From a virus, in IMG/VR virus record IMGVR_UViG_3300029368_000161: a stretch of DNA of 64,000 bases; one strand, given 5' to 3'. The notes under the pieces are model-generated. The model was not told the origin of the DNA. It searched no databases and saw only the letters and a program-made list of their open reading frames with translations. Position numbers and translations under genes: made by a program. Below, one piece after another: positions 27,945-36,432 of the stretch. Within the stretch, counting starts at the first letter, position 1. Every line of letters starts with the position of its first letter.

Positions 27945-28138
27945 TTGTGGCAGAAAGAACGGGTATAAAATGAAAAAGATTCCATGGCTTGTCTTATCTA
28001 TCAATAACAGCAGAGTACCACTTCCATATGATGCTCCGCATGGGAGTGGTAGTTCATAAAAAAGCTTCCATCAATGCTTTTGAAAAGCTATAATTATAAC
28101 GTGTTATGGTCAAGCTTATAATAAGGAGATGAATAAAT

Positions 28139-28354
28139 ATGTACGGTATATCAAGGAAAATCCATGAGAGATTCATAAATAGAAAGTCAAAGAAACACGA
28201 TGAAAAATATACAGTCCCATTTCCTACGGACATTCCAAACCCAAATATCGTGGTTTTCGGTACTCATGGGAGTGGTAAATGTCGGATGCCTCTTCGCGTT
28301 AATGCTCAAATAAAAGAACTGACTACATATGATGGACTGACAGAAAGGAGATAA
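28139..28354 (+). CDS. hypothetical protein (71 aa)
   Basis: RBS AAGGAGATGAATAAAT-ATG. Confidence 0.4.
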   Translation: MYGISRKIHERFINRKSKKHDEKYTVPFPTDIPNPNIVVFGTHGSGKCRMPLRVNAQIKELTTYDGLTERR

Positions 28355-28356
28355 AT

Positions 28357-28701
28357 ATGGGAACTATTAGAAACAGATTGACGATTGTGAATGATTACAA
28401 TTTTGATAGAATTACCAACACAAGACAAAATGCGGTTGAATATTTTGGAAAAATCATGCGAGATGAATTTGACTTTCCGGATTATGATGTGAACACACAG
28501 ATGATAAGTCCTATTTTGCCAAGTGTAGTAAACGGCATATACACCTTTGTTATTATGGGAGACTGCTCAAAAGACGGATGGGAATTATCTAACGATTTTA
28601 AAAAGTACAGAGACGAGTGGATTCGGAAAAATAAGGGTCTAAATATATTGGTTGCAGACTTTGGAGAGGGAGATGCAGAAGCATATATAAAAGAGTATTA
28701 A
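28357..28701 (+). CDS. hypothetical protein (114 aa)
   Basis: RBS AAAGGAGATAAAT-ATG. Translationally coupled with the previous ORF. Confidence 0.45.
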   Translation: MGTIRNRLTIVNDYNFDRITNTRQNAVEYFGKIMRDEFDFPDYDVNTQMISPILPSVVNGIYTFVIMGDCSKDGWELSNDFKKYRDEWIRKNKGLNILVADFGEGDAEAYIKEY

Positions 28702-28974
28702 TGCCCGTTTACAGTCTATAAAAGACATATTGTATCCAGAATTAAGCAAACAAGCCGTTTCTTCTCGCCTGTAGAAGGAAGGTTGAACTGGATGAAGATG
28801 TGACAGTAGACAACTGGAAGGCTCGTATAGATATTGATGAATTAGAAGCTACATATCGGGTCGCAGATTTATATACCGGTTCAATCGAAGCGTGATAGTT
28901 AATGTGTAAAGAAAGAGTCTTGGAATAAGGCTCTTTTTTTTATTTCAGAAAAATTTTCAAGAAATTTCTGATTT

Positions 28975-29012
28975 ACTTTGACGATTTTTCAAAAGGCGCA
29001 ATATGTGTAATG
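28975..29012 (+). promoter_or_regulatory. Type-B promoter
   Basis: tactttgacgatttttcaaaaggcgcaatatgtgtaatg, after the terminator aaagagtcttggaataaggctctttttttt. Confidence 0.5.
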
Positions 29013-29047
29013 AAGACGAAAATAAGACGATTTTGGAGGGAGAAAAA

Positions 29048-29377
29048 ATGAAAATTTACTTTGAGGATGGAAAACTTGTCAATATTAAGCAATTACCGAT
29101 TGCGCCGGATTATGTGATTGATGCTTCTGATGGAGTAACTGCCTGCATGGATATGCTGGATCGAATTTACTCGACTAATCGAGATGCAGTTGTATATACA
29201 AATTCAATTATTGCATTCAGTAACCGGTATGCATGGAATGAAGAGAAGAAAATTTCGGATGTTTATATCAGAGATGGAGAGGGTATGGAATTTACCAATA
29301 TTGCGCTTCTGACAAATAGACAACTTCGGGAGGGGCATAATCTCGCGAAGTTGTATCTTGGCGGTGAGTTCCGGTAG
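29048..29377 (+). CDS. hypothetical protein (about 109 aa)
   Basis: GGAGGGAGAAAAA-ATG start (the track ORF starts at 29003). Confidence 0.5.
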   Translation: MKIYFEDGKLVNIKQLPIAPDYVIDASDGVTACMDMLDRIYSTNRDAVVYTNSIIAFSNRYAWNEEKKISDVYIRDGEGMEFTNIALLTNRQLREGHNLAKLYLGGEFR

Positions 29378-29545
29378 GAAAGAAAGGGAAAAATCATGGA
29401 CAAAAGTGGAGTAATTAACGGATAGACTTACGAGGAAACAAACCAGACTGCGAAAACTGCATGATTGTGGGAAAAAATATGTACAGATAGGATTGGTCCT
29501 ATGTCAAGATTTAGTACAAGTTAAAATGAGAAATTTCTCTCCATT

Positions 29546-30460
29546 TTAACCTGCCAGAAGCTCAGCCTCAGTGTTCGTTCTTTTATACAATCGTTCGAAT
29601 TCGTTTGGCGACATATAGTTGCAATGGCTATGAATTCGTTTCGTATTGTAGAAAGCTTCCAGATATTCAAAAATCAACTGGTATGCTTGCTTATAATCAC
29701 GGATTTTAAAGCGATTGAGCCATTCACGTTTGATAACAGAATGAAAGGATTCAATGCATGCATTATCCCACGGAAAAGCTTTCTTCGAATAACTGCGCTG
29801 CATATTTTCGGTTGCTTTTTTATATTCCTTTGCAACATATTGGCTGCCACGATCCGAATGGATAATTAATGGTTGATCGATATTTCGGCGAGCTTTGGCT
29901 TTGTTTATCGTATCAATCACGCAGGATACTTCCAGTGTTTCTGAAAGCGTCCAGGCTATGATTTTTCTGGAAAATAAATCCATAACACTGGTCAGATAGA
30001 CAAATCCATCTATTGTCCAGATGTAGGTAATATCCGAACACCAGACTGCATTCGGACGATCAGGATTAAACTGCTCATCGAGGATATTTTGTAATTCAGT
30101 GCTGAAATCGGAATCTTTTGTGGTGATCGTCCATGGTTTGCTCCACTGAGCACGGATTCCCATTTGGCGCATATATGTACCAACGGTTCTTTCCGAAATG
30201 ACTTCACCAGTTTTTCGAAGTTCTACAGTGATTTTCGGAGCACCGTAGTTCTGCTTGGAATCATCATAAATATCCTGTATTTTTGCTTTTACAGATTCAC
30301 GGCGTTTTTCTGTATCAGAAGGCACGCGGTGGAGCCATGCACGATATCCTGAACGTGAGACACCTAAAAATTTCAACATTCCGGAGACGGAAAACCGGCG
30401 TCCAGCCTTTTGGGCAGCTTCCGTCTTCTCAGACACTTCGAGATAAATGGCTTCCGTCAT
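29546..30460 (-). CDS. IS3-family transposase OrfB (DDE integrase core)
   Basis: 304 aa. ...CSDITYIWT...LIIHSDRGSQYVAKEYK...DNACIESFHSVIKREW... (DD(35)E rve fold). Confidence 0.85.
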   Translation of the reverse strand: MTEAIYLEVSEKTEAAQKAGRRFSVSGMLKFLGVSRSGYRAWLHRVPSDTEKRRESVKAKIQDIYDDSKQNYGAPKITVELRKTGEVISERTVGTYMRQMGIRAQWSKPWTITTKDSDFSTELQNILDEQFNPDRPNAVWCSDITYIWTIDGFVYLTSVMDLFSRKIIAWTLSETLEVSCVIDTINKAKARRNIDQPLIIHSDRGSQYVAKEYKKATENMQRSYSKKAFPWDNACIESFHSVIKREWLNRFKIRDYKQAYQLIFEYLEAFYNTKRIHSHCNYMSPNEFERLYKRTNTEAELLAG

Positions 30461-30741
30461 TTTCCCAGAATGTTGATTGCTTTTTTTAATACATCAAGTG
30501 CATCTTGGGCATCACGTAATTCACGTCTGAGACGGGCGATTTCTTTCTGTTCATCGGATGCGTAATTACCAGAACCCCGAACAGGAATATCACCGGATTC
30601 ACGGAAGTCTTTCAGCCACTTTGTTAGTGTGCTGTATCCGATGCCAAGATTTTCTGCACATCCACGTACTCCGAGATCTTTATGATCTTGATAGTACTGG
30701 ATTGCATCAAGTTTAAATTGTTTGTCATGTTGCTTTGCCAT
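30457..30741 (-). CDS. IS3-family transposase OrfA (HTH)
   Basis: 94 aa, MAKQHDKQFKLDAIQYYQDHKDLGVRGCAENLGIGYSTLTKWLK...RRELRDAQDALDVLKKA, with a leucine-zipper-like end. Confidence 0.8.
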   Translation of the reverse strand: MAKQHDKQFKLDAIQYYQDHKDLGVRGCAENLGIGYSTLTKWLKDFRESGDIPVRGSGNYASDEQKEIARLRRELRDAQDALDVLKKAINILGK

Positions 30742-31115
30742 ATGAGATCCTCCTTCAGCATGTTTCTATTGTACCATGCTTATGTGTATTTGGAATTTCT
30801 CATTTTGGCTTGTACTATTTATATTCTAGCACCAGATGTCCTACGACAGCTTATGGGATTTGTGTAGGCATACAAAAAGGAAATTGATGAATACTATGCG
30901 GTCGGAGTCCCAGAAGAGCGCCTGGAAAATGCAGAAAAACAGAGAAAGGAAGAAAAACTTGAGCAAGAATCTAATTTGCATATGAGGGTATAGCAGATTC
31001 AAGATCGGTTGTATGTATTATTTTTGAAAGGGGTGATGCCTATTGAGAGTTAATTTTAAAGAGAGTACATAAATAGCAGTTTAAAAAATCATAAAGAATG
31101 TGAGGGAAAAAATAT

Positions 31116-32900
31116 ATGAGTGGTTTACCATTTGATCCTATTATTATTGCGGTTGTCGCGGTCGTTGTGATCCTTATCGGCATACTTGCCAGCGGGTATG
31201 TCAAAGCGCCGGCAGACAAGGCATACATCATTTCCGGACTTAAGAAAGTTCCGAAGGTGTTAATTGGCCGGGCAGGAATTAAGATTCCTTTTCTGGAAAG
31301 AAAAGACGAACTTCTGTTAAAGCAGATCGGTATTGATATTAAAACCGGAGGCTATGTTCCAACGAAAGATTTCATCGGTGTTGATATTGATGCGATTGCA
31401 AAAATCCGTCTGATTTCCATGCAGGATGTAGGCAAAGAGAAAACCTATACCAGAACAATCGTTGATGAGATTGTTGACGGCAGCAATACAAAAGATGGAG
31501 ATAAAGAATATTCAACTCATACAGAAACTGTTACAATCAAGATTACAGAAGATATGGCGCGTGCGGCAATGCGGAATTTCCTTAATATGAAAGAATCCAA
31601 CATTGTTGAAGCTTTACAGGATTCTTTACAGGGAAATATGAGAGAAATCGTTGGTACGCAGACATTGCGTGCTTTGTGCCAGGATCGTAAATCTTTTGGT
31701 GATGAGGTTCAGAGCAAAGCGCAGCCGGATATGAATGCCCTCGGTGTATGGATCGAGTCCTGCAATATTCAGCGTATTGAGGACGAACAGGATCTGATCA
31801 ATGCTCTTGGTATGGATAACATGGCTGCTATCCAGAAGAGTGCAAGCATTGCAAAGGCAGAGGCTGACAAAGACGTTGCGATTGCACAGGCGAAGGCAGC
31901 AAGAGAAGCAAATGATGCAAAAGTCGCCGCTGATACGGAAATTGCTGAGAAGCAGAACGAGCTTGCAATCAAAAAGGCAGAATTACAGCAGCTCTCTGAC
32001 ACAAAGAAGGCGATTGCGGATGCTGCTTATAAGATTCAGGAACAGGAACAGCGTAAAGCGATTGAGACAGCAAAAGTTAATGCAGATATTGCAGAGCAGG
32101 AAAGAACTGTTGAACTTCGCGAGAAGGAAGCACAGGTTGCAGAACAGACACTTAATGCGACGGTAAAGAAGCAGGCGGATGCAGATAAGTACAGCAGACA
32201 GCAGGCTGCAGAAGCAAATCTGATTGAAAAATCCCGTCAGGCTGATGCAGAAAAATATCAGCAGGAGAAGGAAGCAGAAATCCAAAAGATTAAGGCAGAG
32301 GCCGATAAGGAAGCGAAGAAAAAAGAAGCAGAAGGTATTCTTGCAATCAAGAGATCAGAAGCAGAAGGTATCGCCGCTGTAGGTAAAGCAGAAGCTCAGG
32401 CAATCGAAGCAAAAGGTATTGCAGAAGCTCAAGCAATGGAGAAAAAAGCAGAAGCTTATTCAAAGTATAACAAGGCTGCTGTTGCAGAAATGACGATCAA
32501 AATGCTTCCAGAGCTTGCAGCCAAAGTTGCTGAGCCGCTTGGACAGATTGACAAAATCACAATCATCGGAGGCGGCGATGGCAGCAATGGTATCGAACAG
32601 GTTGCCGGGAATGTTCCTGTTGTTATGGCGAAGGTCTTTGAGAGTGTCAAAGAAGCTACAGGGATAGATCTGACAAGTATTGTTAATGCTGAGTCTTACG
32701 ATGCGAAGGTTAACCGCAATGTTAATTTAACCGGTATCAAAGATACGGTGGCAATTTCCGGCGGATCAAAGAGTGATACTGACGCAGATAAAACCGAGAA
32801 TTCCGGCATCGATTCTGATTTATCAGGAGAAAATGCAGAGGTCATCCGTTCTTTGGCAGAAAATGCTAATCAGGAATCAGCTGACAGTAATCTGGACTAA
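31116..32900 (+). CDS. flotillin / SPFH (band 7) domain protein with long coiled-coil E/A/K-rich region (YqiK/FloT-like)
   Basis: N-terminal TM segment IIIAVVAVVVILIGILASGYV followed by an SPFH-type fold. It ends in a very long EA repeat coiled-coil (AKAEADKDVAIAQAKAAREANDAKVAADTEIAEKQNELAIKKAELQQ...), as in flotillins. Confidence 0.75.
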   Translation: MSGLPFDPIIIAVVAVVVILIGILASGYVKAPADKAYIISGLKKVPKVLIGRAGIKIPFLERKDELLLKQIGIDIKTGGYVPTKDFIGVDIDAIAKIRLISMQDVGKEKTYTRTIVDEIVDGSNTKDGDKEYSTHTETVTIKITEDMARAAMRNFLNMKESNIVEALQDSLQGNMREIVGTQTLRALCQDRKSFGDEVQSKAQPDMNALGVWIESCNIQRIEDEQDLINALGMDNMAAIQKSASIAKAEADKDVAIAQAKAAREANDAKVAADTEIAEKQNELAIKKAELQQLSDTKKAIADAAYKIQEQEQRKAIETAKVNADIAEQERTVELREKEAQVAEQTLNATVKKQADADKYSRQQAAEANLIEKSRQADAEKYQQEKEAEIQKIKAEADKEAKKKEAEGILAIKRSEAEGIAAVGKAEAQAIEAKGIAEAQAMEKKAEAYSKYNKAAVAEMTIKMLPELAAKVAEPLGQIDKITIIGGGDGSNGIEQVAGNVPVVMAKVFESVKEATGIDLTSIVNAESYDAKVNRNVNLTGIKDTVAISGGSKSDTDADKTENSGIDSDLSGENAEVIRSLAENANQESADSNLD

Positions 32901-33104
32901 CAGAATATGTAATTTAAGACATATACCGGGGTACTTGCGTATTCTGGTATATGTCTTTTTATGCTTTTATGGTGAGAGTTTTATTTTTGATCATGGCGAA
33001 ACGATACCAAAGAAAGTCCGGTTTGCAGTGTACGAAAAATGCAACCACCGGTGCAGTTTTTACTTCGAAAAGATCGGACTGGATATGGCGTAAGTTTTCA
33101 AAAA

Positions 33105-33142
33105 ATCTTTGACGATTTTTCAAAAGGCGCAATATGTATAGT
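33105..33142 (+). promoter_or_regulatory. Type-B promoter
   Basis: atctttgacgatttttcaaaaggcgcaatatgtatagtg. Confidence 0.5.
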
Positions 33143-33300
33143 GTAAAGGTCATAAACCGAGCTGCCAGGGTTACCGGCTGGCAGAAAATCCTTTCGAAAA
33201 ATGTTTACGTTCCGGGAAATCCCCGGAAAGGATAGTGGGTACGCAGCGCAAGTTATTCCGGGTTCGACTCCCGGATATCCTTTTTCAAAATTGCAGGAAA
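33143..33300 (+). promoter_or_regulatory. L1 structured 5' leader RNA, copy b
   Basis: gtaaaggtcataaaccgagctgccagggttaccggctggcagaaaatcctttcgaaaaatgtttacgttccgggaaatccccggaaAGGATAgtgggtacgcagcgcaagttattccgggttcgactcccggaTATCCTTTTT. Outer stem AAAGGATA/TATCCTTT. Confidence 0.5.
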
Positions 33301-33318
33301 AATGTGGAGGAAAAGAGA

Positions 33319-33624
33319 ATGGATGAACTGATCAAGAAACTTCGGATGTATGCAGACACATACAAAAAAGAACCAGCCGGACGGGAAGTTGAAGGTACCG
33401 TGGAATTGCTCGAAAATTCTGCAGATGCTTTGCAGGAAGCAGGGGAGGCTGTTCAAAAATTAAAGCAGAGATTTGTGGATGGAATAGATGTCCATTACCA
33501 GGGACATGATGCCGACGATTACATTGAGTGTCCTTTCTGCGGATACGAGGTTGCAGCGATCGACGATTACTGTGAGCTGCGCCCAAATCATTGTCCGAAA
33601 TGTGGAACAAAGCTGATATACTAG
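33319..33624 (+). CDS. hypothetical zinc-ribbon protein (about 101 aa)
   Basis: GTGGAGGAAAAGAGA-ATG start. C-terminal CPFCG...CPKCG motif. Confidence 0.5.
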   Translation: MDELIKKLRMYADTYKKEPAGREVEGTVELLENSADALQEAGEAVQKLKQRFVDGIDVHYQGHDADDYIECPFCGYEVAAIDDYCELRPNHCPKCGTKLIY

Positions 33625-33639
33625 ATATAGGAGGCTGGC

Positions 33640-33867
33640 ATGAAAGAATTGAGGAAGTTGTGCATGCACCCATTGTGCGATGCAGAGCCAAAAATGCATA
33701 CGATTTACGAATATATCGGAAAAGCCGGGACGAAAGGTACGACAGTTTTGTGGTTCCTTGAGATCCCAAAAAAGGAGCCAAAGTGTATGGGATCAGTGAG
33801 GAAGACCATGTTTCTCCGTATATGGAAGGCATGGCATTCCGGTATGCAGAATTCAAACCATACATGA
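33640..33867 (+). CDS. hypothetical protein (75 aa; weak)
   Basis: RBS GGAGGCTGGC-ATG. Coding quality uncertain. Confidence 0.3.
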   Translation: MKELRKLCMHPLCDAEPKMHTIYEYIGKAGTKGTTVLWFLEIPKKEPKCMGSVRKTMFLRIWKAWHSGMQNSNHT

Positions 33868-33976
33868 TTGATGAGATTTACAGCAATGGATTCGTTGTCT
33901 GCCACGAGTGTTAGGATGAGACAAAAATGCGTGTCCAATTAACAAGAAGGAATATGCGGTAAGTAATGGAGATATT

Positions 33977-34456
33977 GTGGATATAAATGCAGAATACCAC
34001 AAAAGGGCATCAAATCTTGGCATGGAGAAGCAGAGGACTTACCTTCAGTATGAGATCTCCAAGCCAGATGCCATCAGAAAAGATCTTGAGACCGCAAAAA
34101 AGAGGCTGGAAAATGCAAAAGAAAGAAATTTTAAAACGTTGGATGAGTGGGAAGAAAAAATTGAAGCTTATACGAAAGTGTTGGAAGATAGCAAAGTATC
34201 TTCCTTGTTTTACAATGATATTTCTAACGCCATTTCGGACGGAACAGCACAGTGCCGTATCTGTACCTTCGTTTGGCGGGGTAAATGGAAATATACGGAA
34301 AATATTTCCCTTGGAGTGTGCGTCGTGATCAAGCACATGGGGTACACCTACATTTTTGGCACAAGTCCAGACAGCCAGTATTCTCCATGTTTTGCAGTAT
34401 GGGAAAGCGAAGGAGAACCAGAGCTGGAAGAAGAAAACTACCTTATAGTCAAGTAA
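33977..34456 (+). CDS. hypothetical protein (159 aa)
   Basis: ORF upstream of the tRNA cluster. Confidence 0.45.
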   Translation: MDINAEYHKRASNLGMEKQRTYLQYEISKPDAIRKDLETAKKRLENAKERNFKTLDEWEEKIEAYTKVLEDSKVSSLFYNDISNAISDGTAQCRICTFVWRGKWKYTENISLGVCVVIKHMGYTYIFGTSPDSQYSPCFAVWESEGEPELEEENYLIVK

Positions 34457-34508
34457 GAAAGAAGCCGGGGAATCCCGACTTTTCTGCTGCATTGTGTGTA
34501 TATTTTAA

Positions 34509-34582
34509 CGCCGCCTGCGGGATTCGAACCCGCGGATAAAGAGTTCAAAGCTCCCTGCGTTAACCTTTTCGCCAAGGCGGAG
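34509..34582 (-). tRNA. tRNA-Gln(TTG)-like (terminal acceptor pair mismatched)
   Basis: Reverse complement folds with T-arm GCGGG-TTCGAAT-CCCGC. Anticodon stem GGGAG/CTCTT with loop CTTTGAA. No encoded CCA. Confidence 0.5.
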
Positions 34583-34650
34583 CACACCCGGAAGGACTCG
34601 AACCCTCGTTACCGGTTTTGGAGACCAGTTTCTGTCCATCAGACAGGTGC
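34583..34650 (-). tRNA. tRNA-Trp(CCA)
   Basis: Anticodon loop CTCCAAA flanked by stem CTGGT/ACCGG. T-loop TTCGAGT. Acceptor GCACCTG/CGGGTGT has G.U pairs. Confidence 0.55.
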
Positions 34651-34654
34651 GTAA

Positions 34655-34725
34655 CAGGCGATAATGGAATCGAACCATTGTTTTCTGAGTCAGAATCAGA
34701 TGTCTTACCATTGAACGAATCGCCC
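34655..34725 (-). tRNA. tRNA-Gln(CTG)
   Basis: Acceptor GGGCGAT/ATCGCCT. Anticodon stem TCTGA/TCAGA with loop TTCTGAC. T-arm AATGG-TTCGATT-CCATT. Confidence 0.6.
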
Positions 34726-34727
34726 AG

Positions 34728-34801
34728 TATCCCCAAAGGGACTCGAACCCTTAACCGACAGATTAGAAATCTGTTGCTCTTTCCAATTGAGCTATGGGGA
34801 T
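34728..34801 (-). tRNA. tRNA-Arg(TCT)
   Basis: Clean cloverleaf: ATCCCCA-TA-GCTC-AATTGGAAA-GAGC-A-ACAGA-TTTCTAA-TCTGT-CGGTT-AAGGG-TTCGAGT-CCCTT-TGGGGAT-A. Confidence 0.8.
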
Positions 34802-34807
34802 ATATAG

Positions 34808-34897
34808 CGCAGACACCGGGGATCGAACCCGGACAGCGGGTGTGCCGCATGCCACATTAGCAGTGTGGAGGGGTACCATTTACCTTTATATGTCTGC
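34808..34897 (-). tRNA. tRNA-Ser(GCT)-like, 90 nt with long variable arm (D-arm atypical)
   Basis: Anticodon stem-loop CCACA-CTGCTAA-TGTGG. Variable arm GCGG-CACA-CCGC. T-arm CCGGG-TTCGATC-CCCGG. Acceptor GCAGACA/TGTCTGC. Confidence 0.5.
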
Positions 34898-34902
34898 ATA
34901 AG

Positions 34903-34974
34903 AGGCATCGGAGGGGATCGAACCCTCGCCTTCCGGGTTGCAGCCGGACGCCTTCGCCGTTTGGCTACGATGCC
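34903..34974 (-). tRNA. tRNA-Cys(GCA)
   Basis: GGCATCG-TA-GCC...GGC-TCCGG-CTGCAAC-CCGGA-..GAGGG-TTCGATC-CCCTC-CGATGCC-T. The U73 discriminator is typical of Cys. Confidence 0.8.
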
Positions 34975-35004
34975 ATATAATTCTTCCCGATAAGAGAAGA
35001 TGAG

Positions 35005-35088
35005 CGCTGGGGCAGGGAGTCGAACCCTGATATCCTTTCGGAATGACGGTTTTCAGGACCGTTGCTTTACCAGTTGAGCCACCACAGC
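35005..35088 (-). tRNA. tRNA-Ser(TGA) with long variable arm
   Basis: Anticodon stem ACGGT/ACCGT with loop CCTGAAA. Variable arm TCC-GAAA-GGA. T-arm CAGGG-TTCGACT-CCCTG. 3-bp D stem GCT/AGC. Confidence 0.6.
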
Positions 35089-35333
35089 AAAAATAAAAGC
35101 ATACACCTCTCAATCGAAAGATGTATGCTTTGCAATTCCAGGTATTTCCAATATTCTCCCGGAAATTTCCCTACAATGACCACATTTCTTTCAATTTGAG
35201 ACAATATTTATTTGCACGACAACTACGCCAGATACATGACTGCGACTGACTCATACTTGCCTGTGAATATTGTCTCATTACTGCTGTAATCATTGATTTT
35301 CCCTTCCTTTCCTTGGTTTTCTTGAATATTTAG

Positions 35334-35407
35334 TGTGTCTGGTGGGACTTGAACCCGACGACCCCACGATTAAAAGTCGCGTGCTCTGCCAACTGAGCTA
35401 CAGACAC
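35334..35407 (-). tRNA. tRNA-Lys(TTT)
   Basis: GTGTCTG-TA-GCTC-AGTTGGCA-GAGC-A-CGCGA-CTTTTAA-TCGTG-GGGTC... acceptor CAGACAC-A. Strongly resembles Bacillus tRNA-Lys. The T stem has irregular pairing. Confidence 0.7.
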
Positions 35408-35412
35408 ATAAG

Positions 35413-35484
35413 CGGATCAGGAGGGAATCGAACCCTCATCTTCCGGTAGACAGCCGGATGTACTAGCCGCTATACTACAGATCC
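35413..35484 (-). tRNA. tRNA-Asp(GTC)
   Basis: Anticodon stem TCCGG/CCGGA with loop CTGTCTA. T-arm GAGGG-TTCGATT-CCCTC. One T.T mismatch in the acceptor stem. Confidence 0.65.
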
Positions 35485-35488
35485 ATAA

Positions 35489-35561
35489 AGCTCCCGTCCG
35501 GCTTCGAACCGGAAACCTTCTGATTACAAGTCAGATGCACTACCAGTTGTGCTACAGGAGC
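35489..35561 (-). tRNA. tRNA-Thr(TGT)
   Basis: GCTCCTG-TA-GCAC-AACTGGTA-GTGC-A-TCTGA-CTTGTAA-TCAGA-AGGTT-TCCGG-TTCGAAG-CCGGA-CGGGAGC-T. Confidence 0.8.
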
Positions 35562-35645
35562 AGGAACACTTCCGACGGGTGCTGCCCCGCTATCTCCGCC
35601 GTGACAGGGCGGTGACTCTGTTGTTTGTCCTCGGAAGTAAATAAG

Positions 35646-35727
35646 TGCGCCGGGGAGGACTCGAACCTCCGGTGTTTCTTTGTGGCTGATTTACAGTCAG
35701 CTGCTGTCGCCTCTGAGCCACCGACGC
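35646..35727 (-). tRNA. tRNA-Tyr(GTA), 82 nt with extended variable region
   Basis: Acceptor GCGTCGG/CCGGCGC. Anticodon stem GCTGA/TCAGC with loop CTGTAAA. T-arm GGAGG-TTCGAGT-CCTCC. Confidence 0.65.
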
Positions 35728-35732
35728 ATAAG

Positions 35733-35804
35733 CTGGTCCGGAGGGTCTCGAACCCTCAACGCCCCGGTTAACAGCCGGGTGCTCTACCATTGAGCTACGG
35801 ATCA
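35733..35804 (-). tRNA. tRNA-Asn(GTT)
   Basis: D-arm GCTC-AATGGTA-GAGC. Anticodon stem CCCGG/CCGGG with loop CTGTTAA. T-arm GAGGG-TTCGAGA-CCCTC. One A.C mismatch in the acceptor. Confidence 0.7.
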
Positions 35805-35805
35805 G

Positions 35806-35877
35806 AGCATGTGACGGGTCTCGAACCCGCCCGTCCTGCTTGGAAGGCAGGTGTGCCGCCAACAACACTTCACATGC
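35806..35877 (-). tRNA. tRNA-Gly(TCC)
   Basis: Acceptor GCATGTG/CACATGC with discriminator U. Anticodon stem CCTGC/GCAGG with loop CTTCCAA. 4-nt variable loop. T-arm GCGGG-TTCGAGA-CCCGT. Confidence 0.7.
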
Positions 35878-35942
35878 ATGCGGATAAAAGAAGTGCCTGT
35901 TTTCTCTTATCCATTCAGTTTTTTTACCGCATCGCTGCGGAG

Positions 35943-36014
35943 TGGACAGGAGTGGTAACGATCCACCCTGTAAGGATTTTCAGTCCTTCGCTAATCCATC
36001 TCAGCTACCTGTCC
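35943..36014 (-). tRNA. tRNA-Phe(GAA)-like with non-canonical T-loop (ATCGTTA)
   Basis: Acceptor GGACAGG/CCTGTCC (perfect 7 bp). 8-9 is TA. Anticodon stem AAGGA/TCCTT with loop CTGAAAA. T-arm GGTGG-ATCGTTA-CCACT lacks the T54/A58 identities. It lies 65 nt away from the main cluster. Confidence 0.45.
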
Positions 36015-36432
36015 ATGGCTTTTTCTGCAATAAAAAAGCCGCATCAAGAAATTTCCTCTTCTCTCTGCGGTCATCTGCGTTTTGCAATATTTCGGTTTTA
36101 AGTGCCTGGTTTAAAATCGAAATCGACCGCGGGAAGGTGTATCATAATAGTTCTGTCCCCATGTTTTCCCGGATTTTGAGCATGAGAAACTAAACATATT
36201 GCTGAAATCGCCGTATGTTCTACAATCATTATTAAAATTTTTACTACTCATCATCTTTAACATGGTTTTCTTTTCCTTTCATTTTAATTAATGCTGGATA
36301 AACAAAAAGCCCGTCACTTAACTCAAAGCTACACATCCAAATAGCTCTGAGTTAAAAGACAGGCACTTCTTTTATCTCATGCACTTATCATATCATACTG
36401 ATCGTGAAGTGTCAACAGGAAATTTAAAAAAG

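Larger units (their letters stand above)
29513..30817 (-). mobile_element. IS3-family insertion sequence (about 1.3 kb) with terminal inverted repeats
   Basis: Left inverted repeat TAGTACAAGTTAAAATGAGAAATTTC at about 29513. Right inverted repeat (reverse complement) TAGTACAAGCCAAAATGAGAAATTCC at about 30817. Contains overlapping orfA and orfB (ATGA overlap at 30457-30460), typical of IS3 programmed -1 frameshifting. Confidence 0.75.

Noticed and set aside
28797-28896. Short ORF fragment (..VDNWKARIDIDELEATYRVADLYTGSIEA) between the 28357 and 29048 genes
   Set aside because: It has no start context and is interrupted by stops in-frame upstream. It is probably a gene remnant and is not annotated.
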